Source: an archaeon (lineage in GTDB: Archaea; Aenigmatarchaeota; Aenigmatarchaeia; Aenigmatarchaeales; DATDXV01). Taken from it: a stretch of 47,223 bases of DNA. Each line of letters opens with the position of its first letter. Position 1 is the stretch's first letter. The notes beneath the pieces are model-generated. The model searched no databases and was not told where the DNA came from. It saw only the letters and a list, made by a program, of their open reading frames with translations. Location: positions 1 to 47,223 of the forward strand of contig DATDXV010000008.1 in NCBI GenBank assembly GCA_035289205.1. Reading direction: 5' to 3'. Below, piece by piece: positions 23,804 to 33,439 of the stretch. Made by a program: the position numbers and the translations under genes.

Positions 23804-24136
23804 CTACTCGTATTCTCTCCATACATGGCTGCACTTGGAGCATTTGTAGAATCTGGTTGCAGGCTCGTCCGCAGCCCTTGTCTGTTGCATCCACCAAAAC
23901 GCCTCGTTGTGCTCGCACTTCGGGCACTGGGCAATTGTCTTCGGAAGAATCTCAATGCTGGACTTCTTGTCAACAACAATAACCTCGCTTGCGGTCTTGT
24001 TCGTGGGAACAGTCATCTTGAAGGCCCCCCTGCTTTTCAGGCTCTTTCTCTTCCCGCATCTTCTGCACTCTAGAACGTTCTTGCTGCCAGCCTTCTTCGG
24101 CATCAGTGACCCGCCGCACTTGTCGCAGAACTCCAT
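23804..24136 (-). CDS. tfs: transcription factor S (TFS / RpoM family)
   Basis: N-terminal Zn ribbon CDKCGG...CRRCG and a C-terminal TFIIS-type ribbon CPKCEHNEAFWWMQQTRAADEPATRFYKCSKC. Confidence 0.9.
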   Translation of the reverse strand: MEFCDKCGGSLMPKKAGSKNVLECRRCGKRKSLKSRGAFKMTVPTNKTASEVIVVDKKSSIEILPKTIAQCPKCEHNEAFWWMQQTRAADEPATRFYKCSKCSHVWREYE

Positions 24137-24176
24137 AAGAATTACCTAATCTATAACACAGTGGCATTATTTAAGA

Positions 24177-24620
24177 TTATCCCACGGAGGTAAATTCCGT
24201 AAATATTATCTTTATCCAGCCGATCAGAGGCAGTCTCACTAAAGACTTGCCGTGTATGTCTTCCTTGCTTATTGTCCAAGGATCTGGACCAGGGTTGTTA
24301 TCCCCCTTTGTTTTGATTGTTGAATTCGTTATTTCATATATTCTGTGGATTATCGGGTATCTCCTTACAGGAACATCAAAAACAACTATGTCGCCCACTT
24401 TGTATTCAGGGAATCCAGCCACGACAACCATGTCGCCCTTGTACATGACAGGCTCCATGCTTTCGGAGAATACAGCAACAATTGGCGTGTCTGTATTCAA
24501 TGCATATCCCAAGAACCAATTTAATGCAATAGCAAGAATGAAGCCGAAGATTACATACAATATGCTACCTATCCACCCCATCTTTACCTTGTTCCAGTGC
24601 TCCCTTGCTTTGTCTATCAT
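24177..24620 (-). CDS. signal peptidase I (archaeal Sec11 type)
   Basis: N-terminal TM, then SESMEP (catalytic Ser box), IIHRI, KGDNN. Confidence 0.8.
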   Translation of the reverse strand: MIDKAREHWNKVKMGWIGSILYVIFGFILAIALNWFLGYALNTDTPIVAVFSESMEPVMYKGDMVVVAGFPEYKVGDIVVFDVPVRRYPIIHRIYEITNSTIKTKGDNNPGPDPWTISKEDIHGKSLVRLPLIGWIKIIFTEFTSVG

Positions 24621-24646
24621 TACAAAATCTCTCCATAAGATACTAT

Positions 24647-25234
24647 TTAAGCCCTTCCTACTGATTCGCCAAAGGTAATCCCTGTTGCAATGAGATGTGC
24701 AATTCTCAGGGGTTCAGGCACCATGCTTCTCGTTGAGCTTTTCTTTATGATTTCCGCTGCAGTTTCCTTGCTTATGCCTGAGCATTGATAGTAAACCTTT
24801 TTGCCTTTGATGCTGGTGTCATAGACACTTCCTGCATCAGCAACTGCTCTGAACTTCTCTTCTGCTTTTGGCAGTTTTTCTATTGCTCCTAGAAACAATT
24901 GCATGTCAGGACTCTTTCTCAGATAGACTATGACAGGAAGTTCGGTTTTTTCATGAATTGTCTTTATGTTAACTGTGTTGAAACCTCCGAATGTTATTCC
25001 ATCTAACATGATGACCCTTAGCTGATCTTTGTGCTTTGTTTTGTTTGTAATCTTGACTATTGTATCTTCTGCATCTTCTCCATCTATCTCTATCTCTGAC
25101 TTCAGAAGCCCATCCATGAATGAGCCCCCTCTGAATACCACGCCTATCAGAACAGTTTTGCCCTTCGACTTTGATTCAAATGGTCCGTCATCAAAAGCAA
25201 GAATGCGTATCTCATTCTTTATTGTTTTCAGCAT
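24647..25234 (-). CDS. DUF99 (UPF0215) family protein
   Basis: RILAFDDGPF....VLIGVVFRGGSFMDGLL...IEIDGEDAED..., LRVIMLDGITFGGFNTVNI. Confidence 0.7.
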   Translation of the reverse strand: MLKTIKNEIRILAFDDGPFESKSKGKTVLIGVVFRGGSFMDGLLKSEIEIDGEDAEDTIVKITNKTKHKDQLRVIMLDGITFGGFNTVNIKTIHEKTELPVIVYLRKSPDMQLFLGAIEKLPKAEEKFRAVADAGSVYDTSIKGKKVYYQCSGISKETAAEIIKKSSTRSMVPEPLRIAHLIATGITFGESVGRA

Positions 25235-25286
25235 AAGGTATTTGGAGCTCCAATCCGTTTAAATCCTTTAGCTTCCAAGCTCTTTT

Positions 25287-25883
25287 ATGGGAAATAGAAT
25301 TACGATGAGATTTGCTACAAACCATAGAGCCTTTGACTATGACTGGGAAGGCCTTCCTATAAAAGACAAGATGAACGCCAATATCTGGCTGACCAGATAT
25401 CATAATCATCTGAAAAACGGCGATGCTCTAGACGAATATAGAAGAAAAGAATTAATTGAAAGATACAAGAAAATGTTTGAAGGAGATTCCAAGAGACGGG
25501 AATGCTGTATGGATGTCAGATATGTAGATATGTCGGGATCAAATATACAATACAGCATTGTTCATGCTGAGGTAGAGTTTCCTGCACAACATGCAGGAGA
25601 AGCGCTTTCGGCTTTAGGCTTGTCTGGAGTTGAGATTGAAGAGCTGGCTGAAACTCACCACATTCAGGCAGAGGGATTCTTGGATGGCATCAGAAAAATC
25701 AAGCTAAGCCCAGATGACTTTACTGCAGCAGACTTCCCTTTTGCAACTGGCACTAAAGGCACTTTGGAGAAATTTGCTGTTTTGGTTTTGGATAATGCAA
25801 AGGGGTTTTTGGATGCCAGAGAAACGAGCTTTGGACTCTATCATGTAATAAATCAAAAGGCTACTTCTTCAAAGCCCGCTTGA
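25287..25883 (+). CDS. hypothetical protein (198 aa)
   Basis: ORF only. No motif recognised. Confidence 0.45.
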   Translation: MGNRITMRFATNHRAFDYDWEGLPIKDKMNANIWLTRYHNHLKNGDALDEYRRKELIERYKKMFEGDSKRRECCMDVRYVDMSGSNIQYSIVHAEVEFPAQHAGEALSALGLSGVEIEELAETHHIQAEGFLDGIRKIKLSPDDFTAADFPFATGTKGTLEKFAVLVLDNAKGFLDARETSFGLYHVINQKATSSKPA

Positions 25884-26127
25884 ACTCTTCCTGGAATTCG
25901 TCGCAGAACTCTTCTATCTTTATAGCAGCATTTTCCAAGGCTTTCTTCGGATTAGAGCCTGTGACAATAACCTTAGGATCTTCCATGAAGGGATGCTCCC
26001 TTATCATAGCTCCCTGAGCCCCCTCATCCCAAACGCTATCAGCGATCAATTGCGGGAATGTGTTTCCTATGCCTTTAACCTCTATCTTCAATTTACCTTT
26101 GTCTTTCTCGAGAACTTCAATATTCAT
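25861..26127 (-). CDS. rpo11: RNA polymerase subunit Rpo11 (RpoL)-like
   Basis: 88 aa. The layout MNIEVLEKDKGKLKIEVKG...REHPFMEDPKVIVTGSNPKKALENAAIKI matches RpoL (two-layer dimerisation fold). The usual EDHT motif is degenerate. Confidence 0.55.
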   Translation of the reverse strand: MNIEVLEKDKGKLKIEVKGIGNTFPQLIADSVWDEGAQGAMIREHPFMEDPKVIVTGSNPKKALENAAIKIEEFCDEFQEEFKRALKK

Positions 26128-26165
26128 AGGAAACAGTTGCTGGTTGGTGTTTATATTGCTTTGCG

Positions 26166-26471
26166 TTAAGAGATAGACTCCAGACCAAGCTGATCTAATC
26201 TGGCATCTAAAATCTGCTTTGCCAATTCCCCGCTCTCATTTGCTATCAAGTATGCTTCTTCTATGCTCCTTTTTACTGCTTCCGAATTCTCTTCTTTTGT
26301 GAATCGTATTGCTCTTTCAACATACTTGTCTATGGCTTCCATATTGTTATTATACAGTTCCAGTCTCTCCTGGGCGGAAAGAATAGGCATCTCTTCTTCA
26401 TGGTATTCTGTGTTTTCAGCTTCCATTTCAACCTGCATCTCTTCAAATCTTGTTGTGTTCATCATTATCAT
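26166..26471 (-). CDS. hypothetical acidic helical protein (101 aa)
   Basis: The start ATG lies 1 nt after the stop of the upstream ORF, suggesting coupling. Confidence 0.45.
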   Translation of the reverse strand: MIMMNTTRFEEMQVEMEAENTEYHEEEMPILSAQERLELYNNNMEAIDKYVERAIRFTKEENSEAVKRSIEEAYLIANESGELAKQILDARLDQLGLESIS

Positions 26472-26472
26472 C

Positions 26473-26754
26473 TCAAACGATTTCTATCCCAATGGGTCTG
26501 GCAATCATGTTTGCCTCTTCTATATACTCATCTGCTTTGCTGTGCTTCATTGCAGCATCAGACTCCCTTCCCTGTTCCTTTAGCCTGTCTCCCTCTTCAC
26601 GCACAGAGGTCGCAAGAGCGACATAGACATAGATATCGCTAAGCTCTGATCCGTATTTACCGAAGTCTCTGTCAAGCGCTCCTGTAGGTATTCTGCTTGC
26701 GAGCTGTCTTTCCGTAAGTTTCAGATGTCCATTGTTTTCTGGCATATTCATCAT
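26473..26754 (-). CDS. hypothetical protein (93 aa)
   Basis: ORF preceded by GTATTTAAATTTAAC (about 26775..26789). Confidence 0.45.
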   Translation of the reverse strand: MMNMPENNGHLKLTERQLASRIPTGALDRDFGKYGSELSDIYVYVALATSVREEGDRLKEQGRESDAAMKHSKADEYIEEANMIARPIGIEIV

Positions 26755-26819
26755 AGAAAGTAGAGTATGCGGGAGTATTTAAATTTAACTCTTTTAGCCG
26801 AGTTAAAAGTCCTAGAGAT

Positions 26820-27758
26820 TTAGCACTCTTTGGCCATGTCCTGCCATGTCTTCTGCTCGCTTCCCAGAGCTTCATTCATCTCGTCAATATTGATTATTGG
26901 CTTCTTGAAGCTTTCCCTATCTTCTATAGCAATCCGCGGGCAAGCTGTGTTAACATAGAGATCTATGGGGATTCCCTCTAGCTTGCTTGCAGTTATCTCA
27001 TCAAATGCAAGGATGTAGGCCTTCTTACCTGATTTAATCATTCTATCCCTGAGTTTTTCAGCAAAGGCTATGTTTTCTTGTCCTGGTTTAACGCTGACAA
27101 GTATTCCAACAACCTTTGCATCCTTTGCCAATGCTATAGCAGCATATCTCTGCCTAAGGAATTTGTCTCTTGAGTTTTTTATCTCATTCATAGATCCATA
27201 TTCCACATCAATCGCGAAGAACGGCTTGTCTGTCTTCAGCGCAAGTCCGAGAGGATGGAATATTCCTGAACCAATTGCCAGGAAACAGTCAATATTATTT
27301 TCTGTTTTTGTCGCGGCAACTGTATCGCACCCCAGAATCTGGCCTTCATGTGCAGTAAGAACGCCCTTATCCATGATAACTTTCTTCCCCTTAGATTCCA
27401 AAAACCTCTTTGCCAACTCCAAGCTATCCAAGAACTGGACGCTTGATACCAGTCCGAATGAATTGAATTTCTCTATCTTAGAGAAGTTTTTCTTAATTAT
27501 TGGAGTTGCATCTATCTTCTCCCTGTGTTCCCTGTACTCAACAGGCATCTTTGCTTTCAGTGTTTTTGGATGCATGTAAACGCTGTGTCCGTAATGGATT
27601 ATCTTATCGCATTTCAAAGCTTCCGCATCAGCAGGTCTTATGTCGCATGCTCCATAGCAGTTCTCCCCGGAGATAACAACGTCTCCGCCTATCTCATCTG
27701 CAAGCTTCAAAACATTTCTCTTTAATCCTCCAGGAACCTGAAGAAAAATTCTTGCCAT
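26820..27758 (-). CDS. dph2: diphthamide synthesis protein Dph2 (2-(3-amino-3-carboxypropyl)histidine synthase)
   Basis: CYGACD, ...GSGIFHPLGLAL..., VNTACPRIA. 312 aa. Confidence 0.8.
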   Translation of the reverse strand: MARIFLQVPGGLKRNVLKLADEIGGDVVISGENCYGACDIRPADAEALKCDKIIHYGHSVYMHPKTLKAKMPVEYREHREKIDATPIIKKNFSKIEKFNSFGLVSSVQFLDSLELAKRFLESKGKKVIMDKGVLTAHEGQILGCDTVAATKTENNIDCFLAIGSGIFHPLGLALKTDKPFFAIDVEYGSMNEIKNSRDKFLRQRYAAIALAKDAKVVGILVSVKPGQENIAFAEKLRDRMIKSGKKAYILAFDEITASKLEGIPIDLYVNTACPRIAIEDRESFKKPIINIDEMNEALGSEQKTWQDMAKEC

Positions 27759-27794
27759 GCCTATTCTTTTCGAATCGAACCTTTTAAAGCGCTA

Positions 27795-28562
27795 TTATTT
27801 TATGAATGTCTGTGTTATGGTAGTTAGCACATTGAGATAGTTTGTTGATTCTAAGTACTGCAGAGCTGCGAAAATAGAGGGGAGCGCAACAAGAATTATA
27901 ATGATGCCAAGTATCACAAAGATGCCCTTCTTTATTCCCTCCTGCCTGAACCCGAAATAAGCCCCTATGAGAAGCCCTCCTATATGCGCCACATAGGCTA
28001 TGTCGGTTTGCAGGCCTGTTGTTGCTGTTAGGAAAAACTGCACGAAATTTAAGAATGCATAGACAACAGCAACAGATATCAGCGGCACCGGAATAAGGTA
28101 GGGATAAAGCACAGGCTCAACTGGCTTGATGAACATTGCAGCCCCCATGATGCCAAATATGGCTGCAGATGCGCCTATCGTTGGTATGTCTACGGGCATT
28201 ATCCCCGTTGCGGCAGCGCCCATGACAAACAAGTTGCCAGCTATTCCAGATGCGATGAAGATCAATAAGACCTTCTTCCAGCCTATGTCTGGCTCTATTG
28301 CTTTTGAAAAGAAGAACAGCGCTATGAGATTAAGTATAAGATGCTCTGGCCCTGCATGCAGGAATATGGAAGTAAGGAGCGTCCACCACTTCCCTTCCAG
28401 CAGGTTATTTAGCGAAAACCCGTAGTCCCTGAAGAGGTCTTCTATGTAATCCGTTCCGTATCTGTAGTTGTAGTACGATTCAAGGAAAAAAACCGCTATC
28501 ATGACGGCTATAAGAAAATATGTCAGCTTTGCTTCCTTTTCATAATAAAAGGGAAGATTCAT
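27795..28562 (-). CDS. rhomboid family intramembrane serine protease
   Basis: FLHAGPEHLILNLIALFFF and GASAAIFGIMGA (GxSxxxxG), with HIGG downstream. Confidence 0.85.
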   Translation of the reverse strand: MNLPFYYEKEAKLTYFLIAVMIAVFFLESYYNYRYGTDYIEDLFRDYGFSLNNLLEGKWWTLLTSIFLHAGPEHLILNLIALFFFSKAIEPDIGWKKVLLIFIASGIAGNLFVMGAAATGIMPVDIPTIGASAAIFGIMGAAMFIKPVEPVLYPYLIPVPLISVAVVYAFLNFVQFFLTATTGLQTDIAYVAHIGGLLIGAYFGFRQEGIKKGIFVILGIIIILVALPSIFAALQYLESTNYLNVLTTITQTFIK

Positions 28563-28567
28563 TGTCT

Positions 28568-30835
28568 CTACCCAAAGCCTTCACGGGCGTTCTCAGTTTC
28601 AGCCACCCATTCCCTTACCTTTTCGATCGCATCCTTGTTTACTGACAATGACTTGATGCCTGCCTTAACAAGGAACTCCACAGCATCCCTCCTGTTGGAG
28701 GGCAGCTCGCCGCAGATTGAAGTTTCCACGCCATACTTGTTGCATGTTTCTATCACGTGCTTGAACTGGAATTTCATCCCAGGATGCATCTCATCATAAA
28801 GACTAATTAGCTTGTCATTCCCCCTGTCCACTCCTGTGGTCAGCTGCGTAAGGTCGTTGCTTCCAAAACTGACGAAGCTTATTCCCTCTTCGCAGAACTC
28901 TTCGATGGAAAGCGCGGCTGCAGGGGTTTCGCACATTATTCCAATCTTTACTTCTGACTGAAGCCCGAAGTTTCTTGCCAGCTCTTTGGCTTTCCTTAAT
29001 TCATCTGCCTTTATGATGAATGGAAGCATGAGCTCAACATTAGTCAGGCCTTCTGAATGGAGCTGCTTGAACGCCTCTATCTGCGCTTTGAAAAGATCAA
29101 TCTCTTCCAGATCCCTTCTTATTCCATGGAAGCCCAGCATTGGGTTCGCTTCTGTAGTCTCATTCTCCCCTCCCTGAAGATCTCTGAATTCGTCCGTTCT
29201 TATATCCAAAGTTCTCACCCACACAGGCTTGGGATAGAACGCCTTTGCAACCTGCCTGACGCCTTCAAAGATTATTTTGGTCAGCTCTTCTGGCTGCCCC
29301 TTCCTTATCCATTCCGCCGGATGTACGCCGCTCTTTGTTACCAAGTGTTCCAATCTCAAAAGACCCACGCCATCTGCCAATGGAGCAACTGATTCTGCGA
29401 TCTCCGGAAATGCGACGTTGGCCTTTACCTCTGTTCTTGTACGCTCTGCAGGAGCATGATGTATCTCTTCCTTCTGGACTTCCACCCCCCCGCTATAGAC
29501 AATCCCATGAGTCGCATCCACTGTGACATACATACCGTCTTCTAAAGTTTGTGTTGCGTTTCCTGTTCCCACAATGCAGGGTATGCCAAGTTCACGGCTT
29601 ACAATACTGGCGTGACTCGTGGCTCCGCCCTGGTCTGTTACGATAGCAGCAGCCTTCTCCATGCTTACCACCATGCCGGGCTCTGTCATCTTGGCAACAA
29701 GGATGTCCCCTTTGGCAACCTTGTCGATCTCGTTAATATCGCGAATAATCTTTACGTTGCCTCTGGCAACACCCGGACTGGCTCCATACCCCTTTAGGAT
29801 CTCCTTTCCGACCTCTCCTAGCTCCTCTTCCACCCTTTTCTCAAGTACTGTGACCGCCCTGGTCTGGACTATGTAGATTTTTTCGTTCTCTACAGCCCAT
29901 TCAATATCCTGCGGCCTGCCTTCGTAGAATTTCTCTATGTTTTTCGCATAGCTCGCAATCCCGAGTATTTCCATGTCAGTCAGTATCTGGATATCGCTTT
30001 TCTCTTCGGGCACATCGTCTATTACGGTCTTCCCAGTCTCAATGTCCCTTATCCTTCTTATCCTCTTCTTCCCGACTCTTTTGTCAAGAACTCTCCCTGT
30101 ATTCTTGTCAACCTCATAATGATCCGGATCATCCTCGCCCTGCACAATTGTCTCGCCCAATCCCCATACCGACTCTATAACAATCTTGTGCGCCCCATCC
30201 TGCGGGTCCGTAGGATCAATGGTGAATGTTACCCCGCTCTTCTCGCTGTTAATCATCCTCTGAACCACGACGCAGATTACTGTCTCCTGCGGCTGGTCAT
30301 GGGAATGCCTGTAGATTATGATCCTCTCGCTGTAGAGCGATGCCCAGCATTTCTTAACGGATTCCATAAGTTCTTTCTCCCCTCGTACATTCAGGAAGGT
30401 TTCATACTGCCCTGCTGCGGAGGCCTTGGCCATATCCTCCAGGACGCCCGAACTCCTGACGCTGACAAAGGGCTCCTCCATCTTTGTCACGCCGCTGATA
30501 AGGCGGATGGAATTGAATTTCATCTCATCATATGCATTCACTATTGCCTGCTTCACAGAGTTGGGTATCTCCCCCTTCACTATGAGATTCCTTATTTCAT
30601 TTGCAGCGTTCTTGACAGAGTTCGGGTCCTCATAAATTATCTGCCTCAGTATGGTGGATATCCTAGCTCTGATGTTGTTGAATTCCAAGAACCTTACGAA
30701 CGCGTCTGTTGTAATGAAGAAAGCTTCAGGAACAGGAAAGCCCCCCCGCATCATCTCTGCCAGATGCAATCCCTTTCCTCCCAGCAGCTTTACGTCTGGC
30801 CTGTCTATGTCACTGATCCTCATTACTATGGGCAT
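28568..30835 (-). CDS. ppsA: phosphoenolpyruvate synthase (pyruvate, water dikinase)
   Basis: 755 aa. VKLLGGKGLHLAEM, TDQGGATSHASIVSRELGIPCIVG, and C-terminal PEP-utilising TIM barrel motifs (FVSFGSNDLTQ). Confidence 0.9.
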   Translation of the reverse strand: MPIVMRISDIDRPDVKLLGGKGLHLAEMMRGGFPVPEAFFITTDAFVRFLEFNNIRARISTILRQIIYEDPNSVKNAANEIRNLIVKGEIPNSVKQAIVNAYDEMKFNSIRLISGVTKMEEPFVSVRSSGVLEDMAKASAAGQYETFLNVRGEKELMESVKKCWASLYSERIIIYRHSHDQPQETVICVVVQRMINSEKSGVTFTIDPTDPQDGAHKIVIESVWGLGETIVQGEDDPDHYEVDKNTGRVLDKRVGKKRIRRIRDIETGKTVIDDVPEEKSDIQILTDMEILGIASYAKNIEKFYEGRPQDIEWAVENEKIYIVQTRAVTVLEKRVEEELGEVGKEILKGYGASPGVARGNVKIIRDINEIDKVAKGDILVAKMTEPGMVVSMEKAAAIVTDQGGATSHASIVSRELGIPCIVGTGNATQTLEDGMYVTVDATHGIVYSGGVEVQKEEIHHAPAERTRTEVKANVAFPEIAESVAPLADGVGLLRLEHLVTKSGVHPAEWIRKGQPEELTKIIFEGVRQVAKAFYPKPVWVRTLDIRTDEFRDLQGGENETTEANPMLGFHGIRRDLEEIDLFKAQIEAFKQLHSEGLTNVELMLPFIIKADELRKAKELARNFGLQSEVKIGIMCETPAAALSIEEFCEEGISFVSFGSNDLTQLTTGVDRGNDKLISLYDEMHPGMKFQFKHVIETCNKYGVETSICGELPSNRRDAVEFLVKAGIKSLSVNKDAIEKVREWVAETENAREGFG

Positions 30836-30895
30836 GGAATTTATTAGATTGATTAAAGATAAAGCTTTTTATAGGTTGGTTTAGCTAGAAGTAGC

Positions 30896-31117
30896 ATGAT
30901 GCCAGATACAGAAAGAATGCCTGGTGGACAGCAAGAGTTTGATGTCCAGAGGGAGAGATATCATAACAGGACAATAGACTACATGGGTCCTGTAGACATG
31001 TTTTTCAGCTGGTGGATTGCGCATTCTCTGGCAAAGGAGTTGAAAATGGATGTTATACCAGAGCATGCCAGAGGGTTTGATGGCGGATATAGGATTGTTA
31101 AGAGGGATGAACGCTGA
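30896..31117 (+). CDS. hypothetical protein (73 aa)
   Basis: ORF only. Confidence 0.35.
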   Translation: MMPDTERMPGGQQEFDVQRERYHNRTIDYMGPVDMFFSWWIAHSLAKELKMDVIPEHARGFDGGYRIVKRDER

Positions 31118-31167
31118 GTGTCGAGTATGCTAAAATGCTTATATACATATCTGGTTAGGTTATACTG

Positions 31168-32169
31168 ATGAAAATTGGTAAGACCGAGCGGTACATGCTT
31201 GAGAAGATTGACAAGGAAGGCGCATTGTTGCTCGCCCTCATCGACCCAGACAAGCAGCCCTTTGAGAAGGGAGCCATGGTTGCGGAAGCTGCTTGCGAAG
31301 CTGGAGCGGACGTAATACTTGTAGGAGGGTCGATTGGGGCCCAGGGCTTGATTCTGGACAAGACCACAAAGATGATCAGGGAGAGGGTAAATATTCCAAT
31401 AGTACTCTTTCCGGGCAATGTAGGCACGATAACACCCTATGCAGACGCAACTTATTTCATGTATGTGATGAACTCAAGGGAGATCTATTGGATGTCCACT
31501 GTCCAGATCCAGGGAGCTCCTGTTGTCAAGAGGATGGGCATAGAGCCCATAGCGACAGGGTATATTGTAGTTGAGCCGGGCAGGGCAGTGGGTTGGATAT
31601 CCAATGCCAACCTGATCCCAAGGGAGAGGCCTGACCTTGCGGCTGCAACTGCATTAGCAGCGCAGTACATGGGCGCGAAGTTCGTTGTCACAGACTCTGG
31701 CTCAGGCGCGCCAACCCCTGTTTCTCCGGAATTTGTGGCTGCTGTCAAGTCCCAATTGGATGTTCCTTATTTCTATGCCGGCGGCTGCAGGACCGCTGAG
31801 CAGGCAAGGGGACTGATAAAGGCGGGCGCTGACGGAATCCAGATAGGAACAGCCTTTGAGATAGAAGACGAAACCAAGGTAAAGGAGAAGGTGTCTTCAA
31901 TGGTTAAGGCGATAAAGGATGCAGCAAAGGAGAGAAGGAAGACAACTCTGGACGCAGCAAGGGAGAGAATGAAATTTGCCATTCCTCAGTTCCAGATGCC
32001 CAAATTCGATTTCAGGAAGTGGAGAGAGATAAAGAACCTTATTGGGGAGAGGATAGAGGAGTATAAGCACAAAAAGGAAGAGCCGAAAAAAGAGGAGCCT
32101 AGGAAAGAAATGAAGAGGGAGATAAGGAAGGAAGCCCCTCCTATGAAGATCATGAAGAAGAGGCGCTAA
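31168..32169 (+). CDS. geranylgeranylglyceryl phosphate synthase (PcrB family) with a Lys/Glu-rich C-terminal extension
   Basis: LLLALIDPDK...AGADVILVGGS...LFPGN...GGG.R...A......GAD.IQIGTA. About 85 extra residues rich in K/E/R follow the barrel. Confidence 0.8.
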   Translation: MKIGKTERYMLEKIDKEGALLLALIDPDKQPFEKGAMVAEAACEAGADVILVGGSIGAQGLILDKTTKMIRERVNIPIVLFPGNVGTITPYADATYFMYVMNSREIYWMSTVQIQGAPVVKRMGIEPIATGYIVVEPGRAVGWISNANLIPRERPDLAAATALAAQYMGAKFVVTDSGSGAPTPVSPEFVAAVKSQLDVPYFYAGGCRTAEQARGLIKAGADGIQIGTAFEIEDETKVKEKVSSMVKAIKDAAKERRKTTLDAARERMKFAIPQFQMPKFDFRKWREIKNLIGERIEEYKHKKEEPKKEEPRKEMKREIRKEAPPMKIMKKRR

Positions 32170-33425
32170 ACCCTGTTTCTTTTGTAATTGTCCAGCCAGT
32201 TTATGAAATCATTCTTCTCTATGTTTAACGCAGCCCTTTCAAACTCGTCCGCCTTCACCATCCCGAAGAAGTACTTCTGCTTTATTTCTACATTGACAAC
32301 ATGGATTATTTCATTGTCCTTGAGCAGCTTCTTTCCATCCTCGTCCAGCTCCCCTATTATGGCCTTTGGACCCAGCGTAATCAGGTACCTTAGTATGGGC
32401 TTTGAAGGCCTGTACTTCTTTATCCATACTATTTTATCCCTCAGTCCAAACTCCTGATGCAGCTCTGATATTGTGTCTGTTTCAAACCTGTCAATGGATA
32501 CAACAGGCAAGAGGCCCTTCTGCGTTATTTCCCTCAATTCGTCTTCCTTCTGGCGTTCTTCTTTTGTGGCACTCTCATAGTGCTTGTATTTGCTCAGCTC
32601 CAGCTGCAGCCTGTGGATAAGAATATCCCTGTTCACCACCTCCTTTTCCTTCAGAACCCTCTTTCTTGCCTCGTCATTTTTCTGCATCTGTTCCCGCTGG
32701 TACACTGATTTCTGCTCTTCAAGGCTCTTCGCCTTCGCTTCCAATTTACTTGTATACATCTTTAGAATATCATAGCTTTTTTGCAGATCCGCCAGCTTGG
32801 CCCTGAGGACATCCGCTTCCGGATTAGTACTTGTCTCAGCCTTCTGCTCCTGTTTGTTTTCTTGCCTTTCTGTTTCCTTTGAGAATATCATTTCAATTGC
32901 TTCAGAAATGTTCTTCGCTTCTTTCTTCAGGAGCATCTCTTTTATCCTTTCCGTCTCGGTTTCCAAGCCCAGAGACTGCAGTGCAAGTTCTATTTTGTTG
33001 AATCTGGAAGCAAGGGATTTGTAGCAGACAAGCGCAGCCGCCAAGGAGTCTTTTTCATGGGTATTTTTCGGTTGCCTCTCAAGTTTGTATGACTTCAGGA
33101 CAGCTATCTTGTCCTTTACTGGAACATCCCTCTCTGGGGTAAAGAGCTTGCAATTAAATGCCGCAGCCATGTTCTTGCATGAGGAGGGGGCATTTGCTTT
33201 GTCTGTCGCGATAATCAGGGGCCTCCCTATTCTTATTATGGATTGTTTTATGCTTGATAAGCTAGCGTTCCTTTCGCTGAAAACACCTAAGACATTCCCC
33301 TGCAGGTCTATGACAGAATAAGCAGAATTCACTCCGGGATCAAAGCCGACTATGATAGGTTTTGCCATAACCTGAATTCTATGAGTAAGTATAAAACTCT
33401 TTAGATAACCTTTAATATCAGGCAT
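32166..33425 (-). CDS. DUF460 domain protein (RNase H-fold nuclease-like N-terminus plus long coiled coil)
   Basis: KPIIVGFDPGVNSAYSVIDLQGNVLGV...RPLIIATDKANAPSSCKNMAAAFNCKLFTP. The likely start is the ATG at 33368 (MAKPIIVGF). Confidence 0.65.
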   Translation of the reverse strand: MPDIKGYLKSFILTHRIQVMAKPIIVGFDPGVNSAYSVIDLQGNVLGVFSERNASLSSIKQSIIRIGRPLIIATDKANAPSSCKNMAAAFNCKLFTPERDVPVKDKIAVLKSYKLERQPKNTHEKDSLAAALVCYKSLASRFNKIELALQSLGLETETERIKEMLLKKEAKNISEAIEMIFSKETERQENKQEQKAETSTNPEADVLRAKLADLQKSYDILKMYTSKLEAKAKSLEEQKSVYQREQMQKNDEARKRVLKEKEVVNRDILIHRLQLELSKYKHYESATKEERQKEDELREITQKGLLPVVSIDRFETDTISELHQEFGLRDKIVWIKKYRPSKPILRYLITLGPKAIIGELDEDGKKLLKDNEIIHVVNVEIKQKYFFGMVKADEFERAALNIEKNDFINWLDNYKRNRV

Positions 33426-33439
33426 GCCAAAGATAAGGC

